Of a DNA stretch of 64,000 nt, positions 37,991 through 49,694 are shown one piece after another. The DNA is taken from assembly GCF_036365525.1 (NCBI RefSeq), contig NC_090372.1, positions 94,341,815 to 94,405,814 of the forward strand, read 5' to 3'. Below the pieces are notes generated by a model, which saw only the letters and a list, made by a program, of their open reading frames with translations, did no database searches and had not been told where the DNA came from. The translations under genes and the position numbers were made by a program. The stretch's first letter is position 1. Each line of letters opens with the position of its first letter. This stretch comes from Heterodontus francisci. Lineage: Eukaryota.

Positions 37991-40900
37991 CGGCCCCCAC
38001 TCACACAGGCCCGACCGACTAGTCAGCTCAGCCAAGGAGCTGGCTGATCTTCGGACTTCGCTACTGCAGGGCTGCCATTTGGTGCCCACAGCTCCCTTGT
38101 GGTTTAGGAGGCCCAAATAAGTAATGGTTCTGTCTCCCCAGTGCTGGCTTTGGACAGGTGGCACGGTTGATCCATCTGCTTGTGCCTGATTCAGACAAAA
38201 GCCTAAAATTGAGTCCCCTTCTTGCTCTCCTCACCCACCCACCTCACCTTTGTCTTCATGTCTCATTATGCCTATATTCTAGATTGCTTTTCAGCTGTCA
38301 GTTTTGGTGGCAGTCAGAGTTTTTGAAGCTGTCAATCAGCTTTTGCTATTTTCCAAGGTTTTCATGTGAGACAAATCTTGATTTTAGCAGAGTGGGAGAG
38401 TGGGGGAAAAGGAATTGGTGTGAGTCAAGCTAAACAAAAGGACCCTGAACTGCAGGACTGTTTTACTGAAGCCCCCACTGCAATGCCAACCAGAGCCCAC
38501 CAGAATGGCCACAGACACGACCTGGACACCCCAGCTTTCTGCCTTAAATGTAAATTTCCTTTATGGTCTTATGGGAACAGAACTTCCATCCACGCCTGCA
38601 AGTCAGTTGACTTAAGTGGATAGGGCAAGGGGTGGAAACTCCCAGAGTTGAAATGTTCCCATTCCAAGGACCTCAGGACCAGAAATTGATTCCATTGGGA
38701 TTCAGCCCCATTTGCGTGTTACATTCTGGAGGGAGGTGGGGTACCTGGGTGGAACTTCCAACCCTCACCACCTTGCACCTCCGCCCCTGCCCCCAAACTG
38801 GACCCCATCAAGGGAGCATGTCAAGGCAGTTCCCAGGCTGAGTGTTGGGCTGAAAAGCCAGAGATTCTACCTAGAGTAGAATGGTTACCTTGCCTGAGGG
38901 CAGAATGGTTCATTTTGGAGCTGAAGACTGCAAAAGGTTTACTTTTTTTTTCTTTCAATCTGTCCAGGGATCCTGGGTGGAATGACTCTGCCTTACAAGG
39001 GCAAATGGGACTGGGTGCCCCGAATGTGTGCTTGCAGGTGCCACCGGTGGGTCCCTCAGCCTTGCAAATGACTTTGTCCCTGGGGTTTCGAATTGAATCT
39101 TTAGCATTTGAGAGTTTGGATGCGCTGCACTTGCACTGTCAGAGGGGACCCACAAGAATCTATTCATAGCATTTAAGTTAATTCAAAATGAATTATACAT
39201 ATTGCTATCACTCATTTTCTGGCCCCAATTTAGATTTGTAGCACATCTTTCATACTTTACCTTTTATTTTCTTCCTCGTTGACTAAATCTCTAATTCTTC
39301 ATTGGTCTCTTTCGTCTTTTACTAATTATATTGCATAAACTTTTTCCAACCCTACCCCCCACAAACATACACAGCAGCTAAAATAAATCTGTCCAATCAA
39401 AAATGTTCCTGAAATGCTCGCAGTTTCCATGTTCAGTCCCAACAGATAAACAATGCCCTCAAAAGACAAATGCAAAATTTTGATGCCAAAGTGAGCCATC
39501 AGCTCATTAGAGGCAACATACACAACACCACACTCCATAGTCCAAAATACCCATGAGAAACACCATGCGAGATCTGCTAATAGCAATCACAAATAATTTT
39601 AGTTGGAGCATGGTGAGATAAAGAAGCATAAATGAGAATAAAGACTTAGCACTACATAATGTCGTAAAACAAATCAGAAATGTCTACTTAGTTACATTTC
39701 TGTTGAGCCCTTAAATTTTAAACGATCTTTTCTGCACTACCATTTACATAAAGAACAATGCACTGTATATTTTTATCCAGCTAATACTGTGAATTAAGCA
39801 GACTAATTTTATTGATTTTTTTAATCCTTCTTTAATAGTGAAAATTGATAATACACATTTTGATAGCCGCAAACGAGATTTCCTTTACTGAAGCTTTAAG
39901 ATGTAGAAGGACTCACTTGATATTCTGCACCTTGAGATTGGCTTTGTAATTAAATCCAGATTGTAGAGAAGGATGGCCTACCAGTCACTGTCATATATCA
40001 CTGGCAATCTACAGTGTACAATGTCATATCTGAAGCCAGATTTACATCTGCATAGGGTCAGCACAGGTTGGCAGTCATGGGATGAGTGTGATACAATTTG
40101 TGTCTGTCAAACTGCTTTTTGTCTTGACTTTACAGACTTTAATGCTTTCATCGGACAAGTTTGATAGCTCCTAAATAGGTCAGTAGAAAGTGAATGGTAC
40201 AGTGGTGGTGTGTTGAATTTCAAGCCAGGCACGAGCATTACCAATCTCAATGGCACTGGCCTCACTAGGATTACTGGCCTCAATCCTGCTAGAGTGCCCT
40301 TCTTGTCAATAATGATGCACTGTTGATAACAGCTGTGGACCAACTGGTGACCCACAATGTCTGACCTTCCTGGGGAAAGGATAAAATGGGCAGCAAGCAA
40401 ATGAAAGAGGGACAAAAAAGAAGTAAACTATAAACTAAATATTTTCCAGAATAAGGGGACCTCAGTTACAAACCCTAGTTAGCTAATTGCAGCTGCATTA
40501 CCGATAGGGGCACTACACTTGGACTGACTAAGCAGCCCTGGTTCCCATCCTTATCACTGCAAAGATCACCACTGGAAAGTGTGTGGATGAAGTACCCGTG
40601 GAACCCAACCTCTGTGGAACCATTCTTAATTTGAGTCGACATCTTCACAGGAGAAGGGGAGCAAACTGGGGTGGGAGGAGAGAAAGGAAAAATAGAGAGT
40701 CAAATCTGTCCTTTTTCTAGCACTCTGACAGCACAGCACAGCACAGTAAAAACCCTGAACAGATGTAATGTTTCTTTGTGTTTCATACATTAGTGAGGGT
40801 TTCTGGAGTTAATGTGCAGACATTTGGTGCTCATAACGGTTTCCCGATTTATAGCATTTATGGAAGTAGGTGACCGTGAAAGGAAGCTGGTACACACAAC

Positions 40901-41869
40901 GCTCCATCCATCTTCACAGAGAATATCTGGGGTCACTGCATCTGTGCATGCAGTCATAGAAAAAAAATCATAACATTCTAGGCTAACTGCCATCTGTATC
41001 ACAGCCAACATCGCTCAGATACCACCTGCAACAGCATCCTCTGGAAATGACACCTCAAAACTGTCACCATTTAAGCTGTTGTCAACCTCTTATTAACTCT
41101 TTGCAAGCTGTTCTTATATTGCTTGCATCAAAAAATAGTAATGTAGCTTTACAGTTGTTCAGTTCCTTACGAATAATGTTCATGTAAAATCTGTCTGACA
41201 ATTCCCTTCACTGTCCTCCCCTACTTCTTACATAATACCAAGTATTAAATTCTGTAGTTTAACACTTTGCTGAGGTCTTTATTTGGCACTCAAAGAGTTA
41301 AAGTCTTGCTGCTCTTGTAACAAAAAAATTACTGTTTCTGTAAAAGAAAATCAATAGGAGTTGTTTATATTAATTCTGGTGGGCTCTAAAATAAGATTGT
41401 ATTTGGGGTGATTTGGTGTAATTTCTTTTCATTTGTTCGAATTGAAGAGAAAAGCTGCCCTTGGAGCCAGATCTCTTCCACCTTCTAACAGTACTTGCAT
41501 TACAACAAAGCCCATCCACTGCAACTGAGCAGCTCGGAAGCTTTGTAGTAAATTTCTTATTGAGTTCATTGTCACTGATTAGGATTATTTTTAAACAGGT
41601 CTTGAGGCCTTCAACCACTATGAGGTCATGGCACAGCCCTTGCCATATGTTGTGGGATTCAATCATTTACACAGCAGCGTTGAAAGATATCTAAATCCAG
41701 CCTGCCTCAGTTAGGCTAGCGGGTTGGAAAACTGGCGTAGATGTGGCGATTTTATCTGGCTGTTTGTCATATGGGGGAGGGGAATCATCGGAGAAGAGGC
41801 AGAGACCTGGTGCAGCAGGAGGATATGAAATCTTTCTCTGCAAAAAACCACAATGACAGCACTGGAGGA

Positions 41870-42115
41870 AGCCGGCAACCTGGGCGAGAAGGATGGCAGC
41901 AGGAGTCGAAAGAAGAGCACCCAGTGTCAGGGAATCTGACCTGAAATGTCCTCTGAATGGAGATATGGAGAAGAAGAAATGAGCTGCTTGGGGGTCAAGG
42001 TCTGAAGACCCATAAAAAATGTGGTATTTCTCTGTGGAGGGAGGTGGCTGTTCAGTGAGTGCCATCTCTTTGAACCCCTGGAATTCTTTGCAGTGCTGTG
42101 CAGGAAGAAGGCTAG
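41870..42115 (+). pseudogene. Second Harbinger Myb/SANT domain remnant
   Basis: Across frameshifts reads RRAPSVRESDL...IWRRRNELLG...SLWREVAVQ.SAISLNPWNSLQC.RKK, paralleling exon1 at 6044-6272. Confidence 0.6.
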
Positions 42116-42154
42116 TAATCTCACCAGAGCAGCTACCTCCTTCTCCTAACTCTT

Positions 42155-42558
42155 CAACAATGAAACTTGCATTTATAAGGCACTTTAACATAGAAAATTG
42201 TCCAAGGTGCTTTACAGAGGTGTAAGCAAAATAAGTGGACGCTGACCAAAAAAGGAGATATTCATAGGGCCAACCAAGAGCTTGGTCAGAAGGGTAGTTT
42301 TTAATGAGAATCTTAAGAGCGGGTGGAGAGAGAGAGGAGCTTAGGGATGGAATTTCAGAGTTTGGGACCCAGGCAGCTGAAGGCACAGTCTGCAATGGTA
42401 GGGTAAAAGATAGAGTGAAATGGAGAGATTTAGGGAGGGTTATATCGCTAAAGAAGGCTACAGAGACAGAAGGAGTAAAACCATGGAAGTTTTTAAAATA
42501 CAAGGATGAGAGTTTTAAATTGGAGGGATTCGGGTACTGGGAGCCCATGTAGGTCAGT
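42155..42558 (-). mobile_element. L2 LINE 3' end, decayed
   Basis: caacaatgaaacttgcatttataaggcactttaac tail and body similar to 25068-25587. Confidence 0.7.
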
Positions 42559-44062
42559 CATAGAGATATGCCCTTCGGCCCATCGTGTCCATGCTGACCA
42601 TCAAGCACCTATTTATTCTAATCCCATTTTCTAGTACTTGGCCCTTAGCCGTATATGCAATAGCATTTCAAGTGCTCATCTAAATACTTCTTAAATGTTG
42701 TGAGGGTTCCTGCCTCTACCACCCCTTCAGGCAGTGTGTTCCAGATTCCAACCACAGTCTGGGTGAAAAAATGTTTCCTCAAATCCCCTCTAAACCTCCT
42801 GCCCCCTACCTTAAATCTATACCCCCGGTTATTGACACCTCCGCTAATGGAAAAGGTTTCTTCCTATCTACCCTATCTATGCCCCTCATAATTTTATATA
42901 CCTCAATCAGGGCCCCCCTCAGCCTTCTCTGCTCTAAGGAAAACAACCCTAGCCTATCCAGTCTCTCTTCATAGCTGAAATACTACAACCCAGGCAACAT
43001 CCTGTTAAATCTCCTCTGCACCCTCTCCAGTGCAATCACATCCTTCCTATAGTGTGGTGACCAGAATTGTACACAGTACTCCAGCTGTGGCCTAACTAGC
43101 GTTTGTACAGCTCCATCATAACTTCCTCCCTGCTCTTATATTCTATGCCTCGGCTAATAAAGGCAAGTATCCCATATGCCGTCCGAACCACCTTATCTAC
43201 CTGTGCTGCTGCCTTCAGTGATTTATGGACAAGTACACCAAGGTCCCTCTGTACTTCCGAGGGTCCTACCATCCATTGTATATTCCCTTGCCTTGTTAGT
43301 CCTCCCAAAATACATCACCTCACACTTCTCAGGCCTAAATTCCATTTGCCACTGCTCTGCCCATCTTACCAGCCCATCTATATCGTCCTGTAATCTAAGG
43401 CTTTCCTCCTCACTATTTACGATACCACCAATTTTTGTGTCAACTGCGAACTTACTGATCATACCTCCTATATTCACATCTAAATCATTAATGCACACTA
43501 CAAACAGCAAAGGTCCCAGCACCGATCCCTGCGGTACACCACTGGCCACAGGCTTCCAATTACAAAAAAAAACCTCGACCGTCACCCTCTGCTTCCTGCC
43601 ACTAAGCCAATTTTGGATCCAATTTGCCAAATTGCCCTGGATCCCATGGGCTCTTAACCTTCTTTACCAATCTCCCATGCAGGACCTTATCAAAAGCCTT
43701 ACTCAAGTCCATGTAGACTGCATCAACTGCCTTACCCTCATCTGCACATCTAGTCACCTCCTTGAAAAATTTAATTGTTAGGCATTATCTCCCCCGACAA
43801 AGCCATGTTGACTATCCCTGATTAATCCCTGCCTCTCCAAGTGGAGATTAATCCTGTCCCTCAGAACTTTTTCCAATAGTTTCCCTACCACTGATGTTGG
43901 ACTCACTGGCCTGTAATTACCTGGTTTATCCTTGCTACCCTTGTTGAATAATGGTACCACATTCGCTGTCCTCCAGTCCACTGGTACCTCTCCTGTGCCC
44001 AGAGAAGATTTGAAGATTTGTGTCAGAGCCCCTGCAATTTCCTCCCTTGCCTCACATATGCC
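42559..44062 (-). mobile_element. CR1 LINE, 5'-truncated
   Basis: DWRTANVVPLF..PGNYRPVS, SGVPQGSVLGPLLF, WQMEFRPEKCEVM. Confidence 0.93.
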
Positions 44063-45094
44063 CAAGCCCTGCCTATTACTTCCTTCTTGTAATCCCTGAT
44101 CTCTCTTTTGAAATTACATCTCTTTATTGGGAAGAATACTTACCATGGATCTCCAACTGGTTAATCAACACTATTTAAATTAAGTAATTTTTAAAACTCT
44201 TCCTAGACAAAGTTTTCAAGCAGCAAAATGTATTGCAATATTCTAGTGACGCATCGATTCAGTCCATCAGTCTCTGAATTATTTCTTCTTTATCACACAC
44301 TCACTTTGTTGATTGGATTTTCTACATTGAATCCCCAGTATAGCCAGGTTTCAAACTCATAGCTAAAAGCTTCAAGGTTTGACACCCAAAAACTGAATGC
44401 AAGTTATTCAGTTTGTCAGTCTGGGTCTTTCTTGCAGCTAACTTCAAAAATTGGTTTCGCCTTGTTAGTTATTAATTACCCACACACACAAAAAGCATTT
44501 TTTTTATTTCTACCAGTTACTGGTGCAAATTCATTTACTTTAACTCAAAAGCTTACTGATTTATGTATTAGGCAACATTATTTTTGTTGTTTAAGTGTTT
44601 CTGATCAAATTGTGATTTTATGTTATATTTTTGATAATCTTATTTAGGAATTTACAATGTACCATGCCACACATATAAACAAAAACTGAAGATTATTGAG
44701 CCACGTCAGAGACTCAGCATCCATGGGGCTGATTTTAATTTTCAACCCCACACAAAAAAAAAATCCCAATTTTTGAGCAGCCTCCAGCAGTCCCTTTAAC
44801 GACCGCTGGTTAGGCCATTCAACACCTCATACAAATGCCCATTTGTATCGGAAAATTTAAATTGGGGTCCTAGAATCAGCATTGGATGCCAATTTGCATA
44901 TTTAAGCAGTGTATGTTGCTCAACCATTTTCAGACAAGCCCTGAAAATTGCAGCAGGTGGGCCTTGGATGTTAATGATGCGGCCAAGGTGTCCCCTACAT
45001 TTTAACTGCCGATCACCAGAGAAATGGCTTTTTGGGCCCATCAAACCTGCTTTGGTCTGTTTTTCCATATGAACCAGGTAGTTTAATCCCATCA

Positions 45095-45935
45095 ATACAA
45101 AAGCAAAATGTAGAGGATGCTGGATCTGAAATGAAAACAGAAAAAGCTGAAAATACTCAGCAGGTCAGGCAGCATCTGAGAAACCGAGTCAACATTTCAG
45201 GGCAATGACCTTTTATCAGAACTGGGAAAAGTTAGAGAAGTAAAAGGTTTTAAGCAAGTGAAAGGGGGGAGGGTGGGAAAAAGAACAAAAGCCAGTTCTG
45301 ATGAAAAGTCACATAGACCTGAAACATTAACTCTGTTTTTCTCTCCACCGATGCTGCCTGATCTGCTGAGTATTTCCAGCATTTTCTCTTTTTGTTTCAG
45401 ATTTCCAACATTCACAGTAAATTGCATTTGAACAAAGGAGAAGGTCTGTGATAGGGTGGAGGGCAGGAGAGATCAAATGACAAAAGGTTTCATGCTGCAA
45501 GCCAAAAAGGAGGCTGTAAATTGCCTTCCGGACTCAACATTAAGTTCAACAATTTTAGATTGCAGCCTCTGCCCCCATTTTGTTTCCTTTTTCTTTGCTT
45601 TTTTCCCCTCTCTTGTTTCTCTCTTTTTGTTTCTGTTTTGCTTTTGGACAACAGCTGTTTATGTTTCTGCCATTCACACCTCCTCTGGACACAACTTTTG
45701 TTTCTTTATTTGTCCCATTACCACTCCCTTTGGCCTTGCAGCATGAAACCTTTTGTCATTTAATCACTCCTGCCCTCCACCCTATTAGAGACCTTCCCTT
45801 TTGTTCTTTTTCCCACCCTTCCCCTTTCACTTGCTTAAAACCTTTTACTTCTCTATCATTTATAGTAACTCTGTTTCTCTCCCCACAGATGCTGTCAGAA
45901 CTGCTGAATATTTCCAGCATTTCTGTTTTTATGTC
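45095..45935. mobile_element. Penelope-like element remnants in mixed orientations
   Basis: PSGLNIKFNNFR at about 45524 matches the C-terminal end of the Penelope GIY-YIG ORF; pseudo-LTR copies at 45095-45290 (-), 45291-45430 (+), 45430-45515 (-) and 45520-45935 (+). Confidence 0.8.
45294..45332 (+). ncRNA. Minimal type I hammerhead ribozyme motif, slightly decayed
   Basis: agtt-CTGATGA-a-aagtc acata gacct-GAAA-ca-TT-aact: core boxes, stem II, stem I AGUU/AACU; the palindromic stem III ACGU appears decayed to ACAU. Confidence 0.65.
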
Positions 45936-47907
45936 TAATCCCACTCTCCTGCTCAGATCCCAAGATCTTTAATGGTCCTTGTAAAATAGTTAATGGATTT
46001 TTAACCACAGTTTATGACGGAGAATTGCGCATTTTATCAAACCGCAGTGTAAAGAATTTTTTCTCCTTTATTCTTATTGTGATTGGCTTAAATTTCTGCC
46101 GCCTTGTTATTGTCTCACTGACCAGTGGAAACAATCTGTCACTATTTACCTTTTCATAATAGTTTACAATCCTAAAGACTTTGATCAACATTAACACCCC
46201 CACCCCCCACCACACATCTCAAGATTGTGCGTCAGAAGATGAATGTTTTTTCCCTAGATAGTCTGAAAGATGCTGTCGCCTTCCCCCCCACCCCCTCACC
46301 AAATCAGAGCTTATATGCAAGCTTCTCTTTTTCCTTGAGGTCATTCCAAATTGGTTTGTTTTAAAGTTCCTAATTTCAAATTAATGCTGTCAATACTTTG
46401 ATCTTTATTTATTGCAGCCTTTCTTGGCTCCGTTTCTATTGAAATGAGGCACCTCAGGGTTACATTTTATCTTTTTGCCTCCTCGTGCATTACTTATATA
46501 TCTTTAAACACCTTCGGGAAATTCTCACAACCACAGCTTCCTGTTAAATTTACAGCTTGATGTCATTAGTATCTGATTTACACTTTCATTCTAACCAGTT
46601 TTGCAAGCCCAGCAAACCTCGGGATTTCAGTGCATCAATCCACTTCACTTTAATTCCTACTGTCTGGTCCATGAATAGTAGTGTGAAAACAAAATCCTGA
46701 TTCATGTAGACCCATTCTTTATTTGTGTTTGACAGTGCTCAGCACTATAAATAAGGTTGTTTTGCTGTTAAATATTACCAACCTAACTCAGCACATTTTG
46801 GGAATCCACCAAAATGCAGATGAAAATACAAGTTTTCTGCTGGTGTCAATAAAATGCTAACCTAATCATGAGAGCCTGTGCAATTTGTGGAAATGTGATT
46901 TCATTACCAGCAATGAAAAAGTAGCAGTCAGTCACCATGTGTCTTCTATGCTGCTCCTTTCATATTACTCTAACAGCTAATGAGTCATTAACTAGATGTC
47001 AAAAAGTTGGATATTCTGGGGTGGGGGCAATGTGTTAAAATGTTAGCACAGAAAAGGTCTTGGAAGTATTGATAAGCACAATAATAAAGTGATATCGGAC
47101 ATTCTTAGTGAAAGAGAACAAAGCTTAATAACACATGCTGGACGGTATGATACTGTCTGCATGACTCTGGAAAAAAGCACAACCTAAAGAGTACAAATTT
47201 AAGGCAAGAGTAGCAGCACTGAAAATATGTGGACATGATGCAAAGTAATAATCATAAAAGATAGTGTGAAAAATGCTGTACTGACGCAAAGAAATGCCAA
47301 CAAGGATGCAGCAAATAAGAATTGCAAATGAAAATAGCAGCGTTATGCAAACTGCATTGTCCATGCCAGGGCAAGAAACTAAATGTACCACAGGAGGGAA
47401 TTTCCATGGATAAATTATTATTCTCATCTTTAAACACAAAATTGGCATATAGTAGGTGGAAAATCCTGTGAAGCATAGTGGATTTTGAACCCAAATTCCT
47501 AATATCTGCTCCCCGTAAGCAAAGCTCTGCACTGGGGACATATATTTTTAGAGTTTATCCTTTGTTCTATGATTTGTATGATACTTTATATCAACATATC
47601 CATACATACTGAATGTGCACATAAGCATAATAGTATTTAAAATGATAATACAGCATTCCAAGTAGGTTTGTGTGCTTATGTACACATAATGCACCATCTG
47701 GTGTCTTCACAGAGCAAGGAGCGTCCGCTGGAACCTCACAGAGCACTAGACAGCAGTATTTCAGAACCAGCACAGAAACATTCACTTTGGGAGAAGGAAA
47801 TAGTGATGGCCAGGAAAAATCTTCTTTCCAGTCCTTAGCCAGTCTGTTCTCGAACCAGATACTTGGACAAGCATTTCAGCGAAAAGAGAGACCCAGATTC
47901 AGATCAG

Positions 47908-48820
47908 TAGGTTTGCAGATGCCACGAAAATTGGTGGTGTCGTAAATAGTGAGGAGGAAAGCCTTAGATTACAGGACAATATAGATGGGCTGGTAAACTG
48001 GGCAAATGGAATTTAATCCTGAGAAGTGTGAGGTGATGCATTTTGGGAGGACTAACAAGGCAAGGGAATATACAATGGATGGTAGGATCCTAGGGAGTAC
48101 AGAGGGTCAGAGGGACCTTGGTGTACTTGTCCATAGATCACTAAAGACAGCAGCACAGGTAGATAATGTGGTTAGGACGGCATATGGGATACTTGCCTTT
48201 ATTAGCCGAGGCATAGAATATAAGAACAGGGAGGTTATGATGGAGCTGCATAAAATGCTAGTTAGGCCACAGCTGGAGTACTGTGAACAGTTCTAGTCGC
48301 CACACTATAGGAAGGATGTGATTGCACTGGAAAGGGTGCAGAGAAGTTTCACCAGGATGTTGCCTGGGCTGGTGCATTTCAGCTATGAAGAGAAACTGGA
48401 TAGGCTAGGGTTGTTTTCCTTAGAGCAGAGAAGGCTGAGGGGGGGCATGATTGAGGTATATAAAATTATGAGGGGCATTGTTAGGATAGATAGGAAGAGA
48501 CATTTTCCCTTAGCGGAGGTGTCAATAACCAGGGGACAGAGATTTAAGGGAAGGGGCAGGAGGTTTAGAGGGGAGTTGAGGAAAAAGAATTTCTCCCAGA
48601 GGGTGGTTGGAATCTGGAACACACTGCCTGAAGTGCTCCTGCCCAGAGGCAGGAACCTTCACAACATTTAAGAAGTATTTAGATGAGCACTTGAAATGTT
48701 ATAGCATATAAGGCTACGGGCCAAGTGCTGGAAAATGGGATTAGAATAGATGGGTGCTTGATGGCCGGCACAGACACGATGGGCCAAAGGGCCTGTTTCT
48801 GTGCTGTATAACACTATGAC
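47908..48820 (+). mobile_element. CR1 3' fragment, same subfamily as 42559-44062, inverted
   Basis: MEFNPEKCEVMHFGRTNKAREYTMDGR is nearly identical between the two copies; complete 3' tail. Confidence 0.93.
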
Positions 48821-48827
48821 TTAATTG

Positions 48828-48960
48828 AGGGGAGACAGCATAGTGGTAATGACATTGGACTAGTAATCTAGTAATCCAGAGGCCCAGGCTAATGCCCTGG
48901 GCACATGCTGTGTTCAAATCCCACCACGGCAGCTATATTAAAATAATTCAGTAATTTGAG
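48828..48960 (+). mobile_element. tRNA-derived SINE head (family of 1861-2912)
   Basis: Box A cagcatagtgg, box B tgttcaaatcc; ctagtaat is duplicated. Confidence 0.7.
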
Positions 48961-49694
48961 CTGAACAAGATATGCACATCCTTTTTTTTCAATACATTTT
49001 TTTGGCTGTTTTCTCCCCTCCTCTTCTGCAGGTGTGGACTTCCTGCTGGAGTATGGTTCCACCATCTCACTTAACCGCCAGGAATTCACCTAAGTGATCA
49101 ATTTCATGTGTGTAATCGGGCTATTCAACAATGGAAGGCATCACAGACAAGCCATGTTCACTTCCGACCGTAATCACTGGTTGACGATCAAGAGCGTGAA
49201 ACTTACAGCTTTTACAAAATTATGACTGGTTACTGGAATAAGAAGCAACTGCAAAGTGAAATACCATCAAAAGCAGGGAATAAAATGAGGAACAAGTGTA
49301 AAAACGCATTGTTCATTCCAAAAACAACATACTAGTAAATATGAGCAATATGGCTGCATTGGCACAGGGGAACGGAAGGTCTTCACCCACTCTGGCTGAT
49401 GGCACATATGGGAGGGGGTAGGGACTGGATTTTAACAGCTGGAAGGTTTTCGCTGGCACTCTGCTGGTTTCAGCCAGATTCCCCCTCACTTGCGGCAGTA
49501 TGAGGCCACAGTGATGTCTCATTAATATGTCGCCAGCCAACGTCCTGCTTAGAACAGGCAAGAAGTGGATGGGAAGCAGCTGCCAGCCTGTGGAAACTTG
49601 GGAAACTCCTGGTCACCAGCTGGCCCTAAGGTAAGTTCTGTGGGGGTTCCTGCAATAGGGTATGGGAGTAGAATTGGAGCTTGAGAGATCTAAA

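Noticed and set aside
41691-42548. 285-aa minus-strand ORF
   Set aside because: Runs across an L2 tail and the antisense of a Myb remnant; a chance read-through with no domain.
43176-43781. 201-aa plus-strand ORF (similarly 61741..62349 and 34056..34559)
   Set aside because: Antisense shadows of LINE RT coding sequence.
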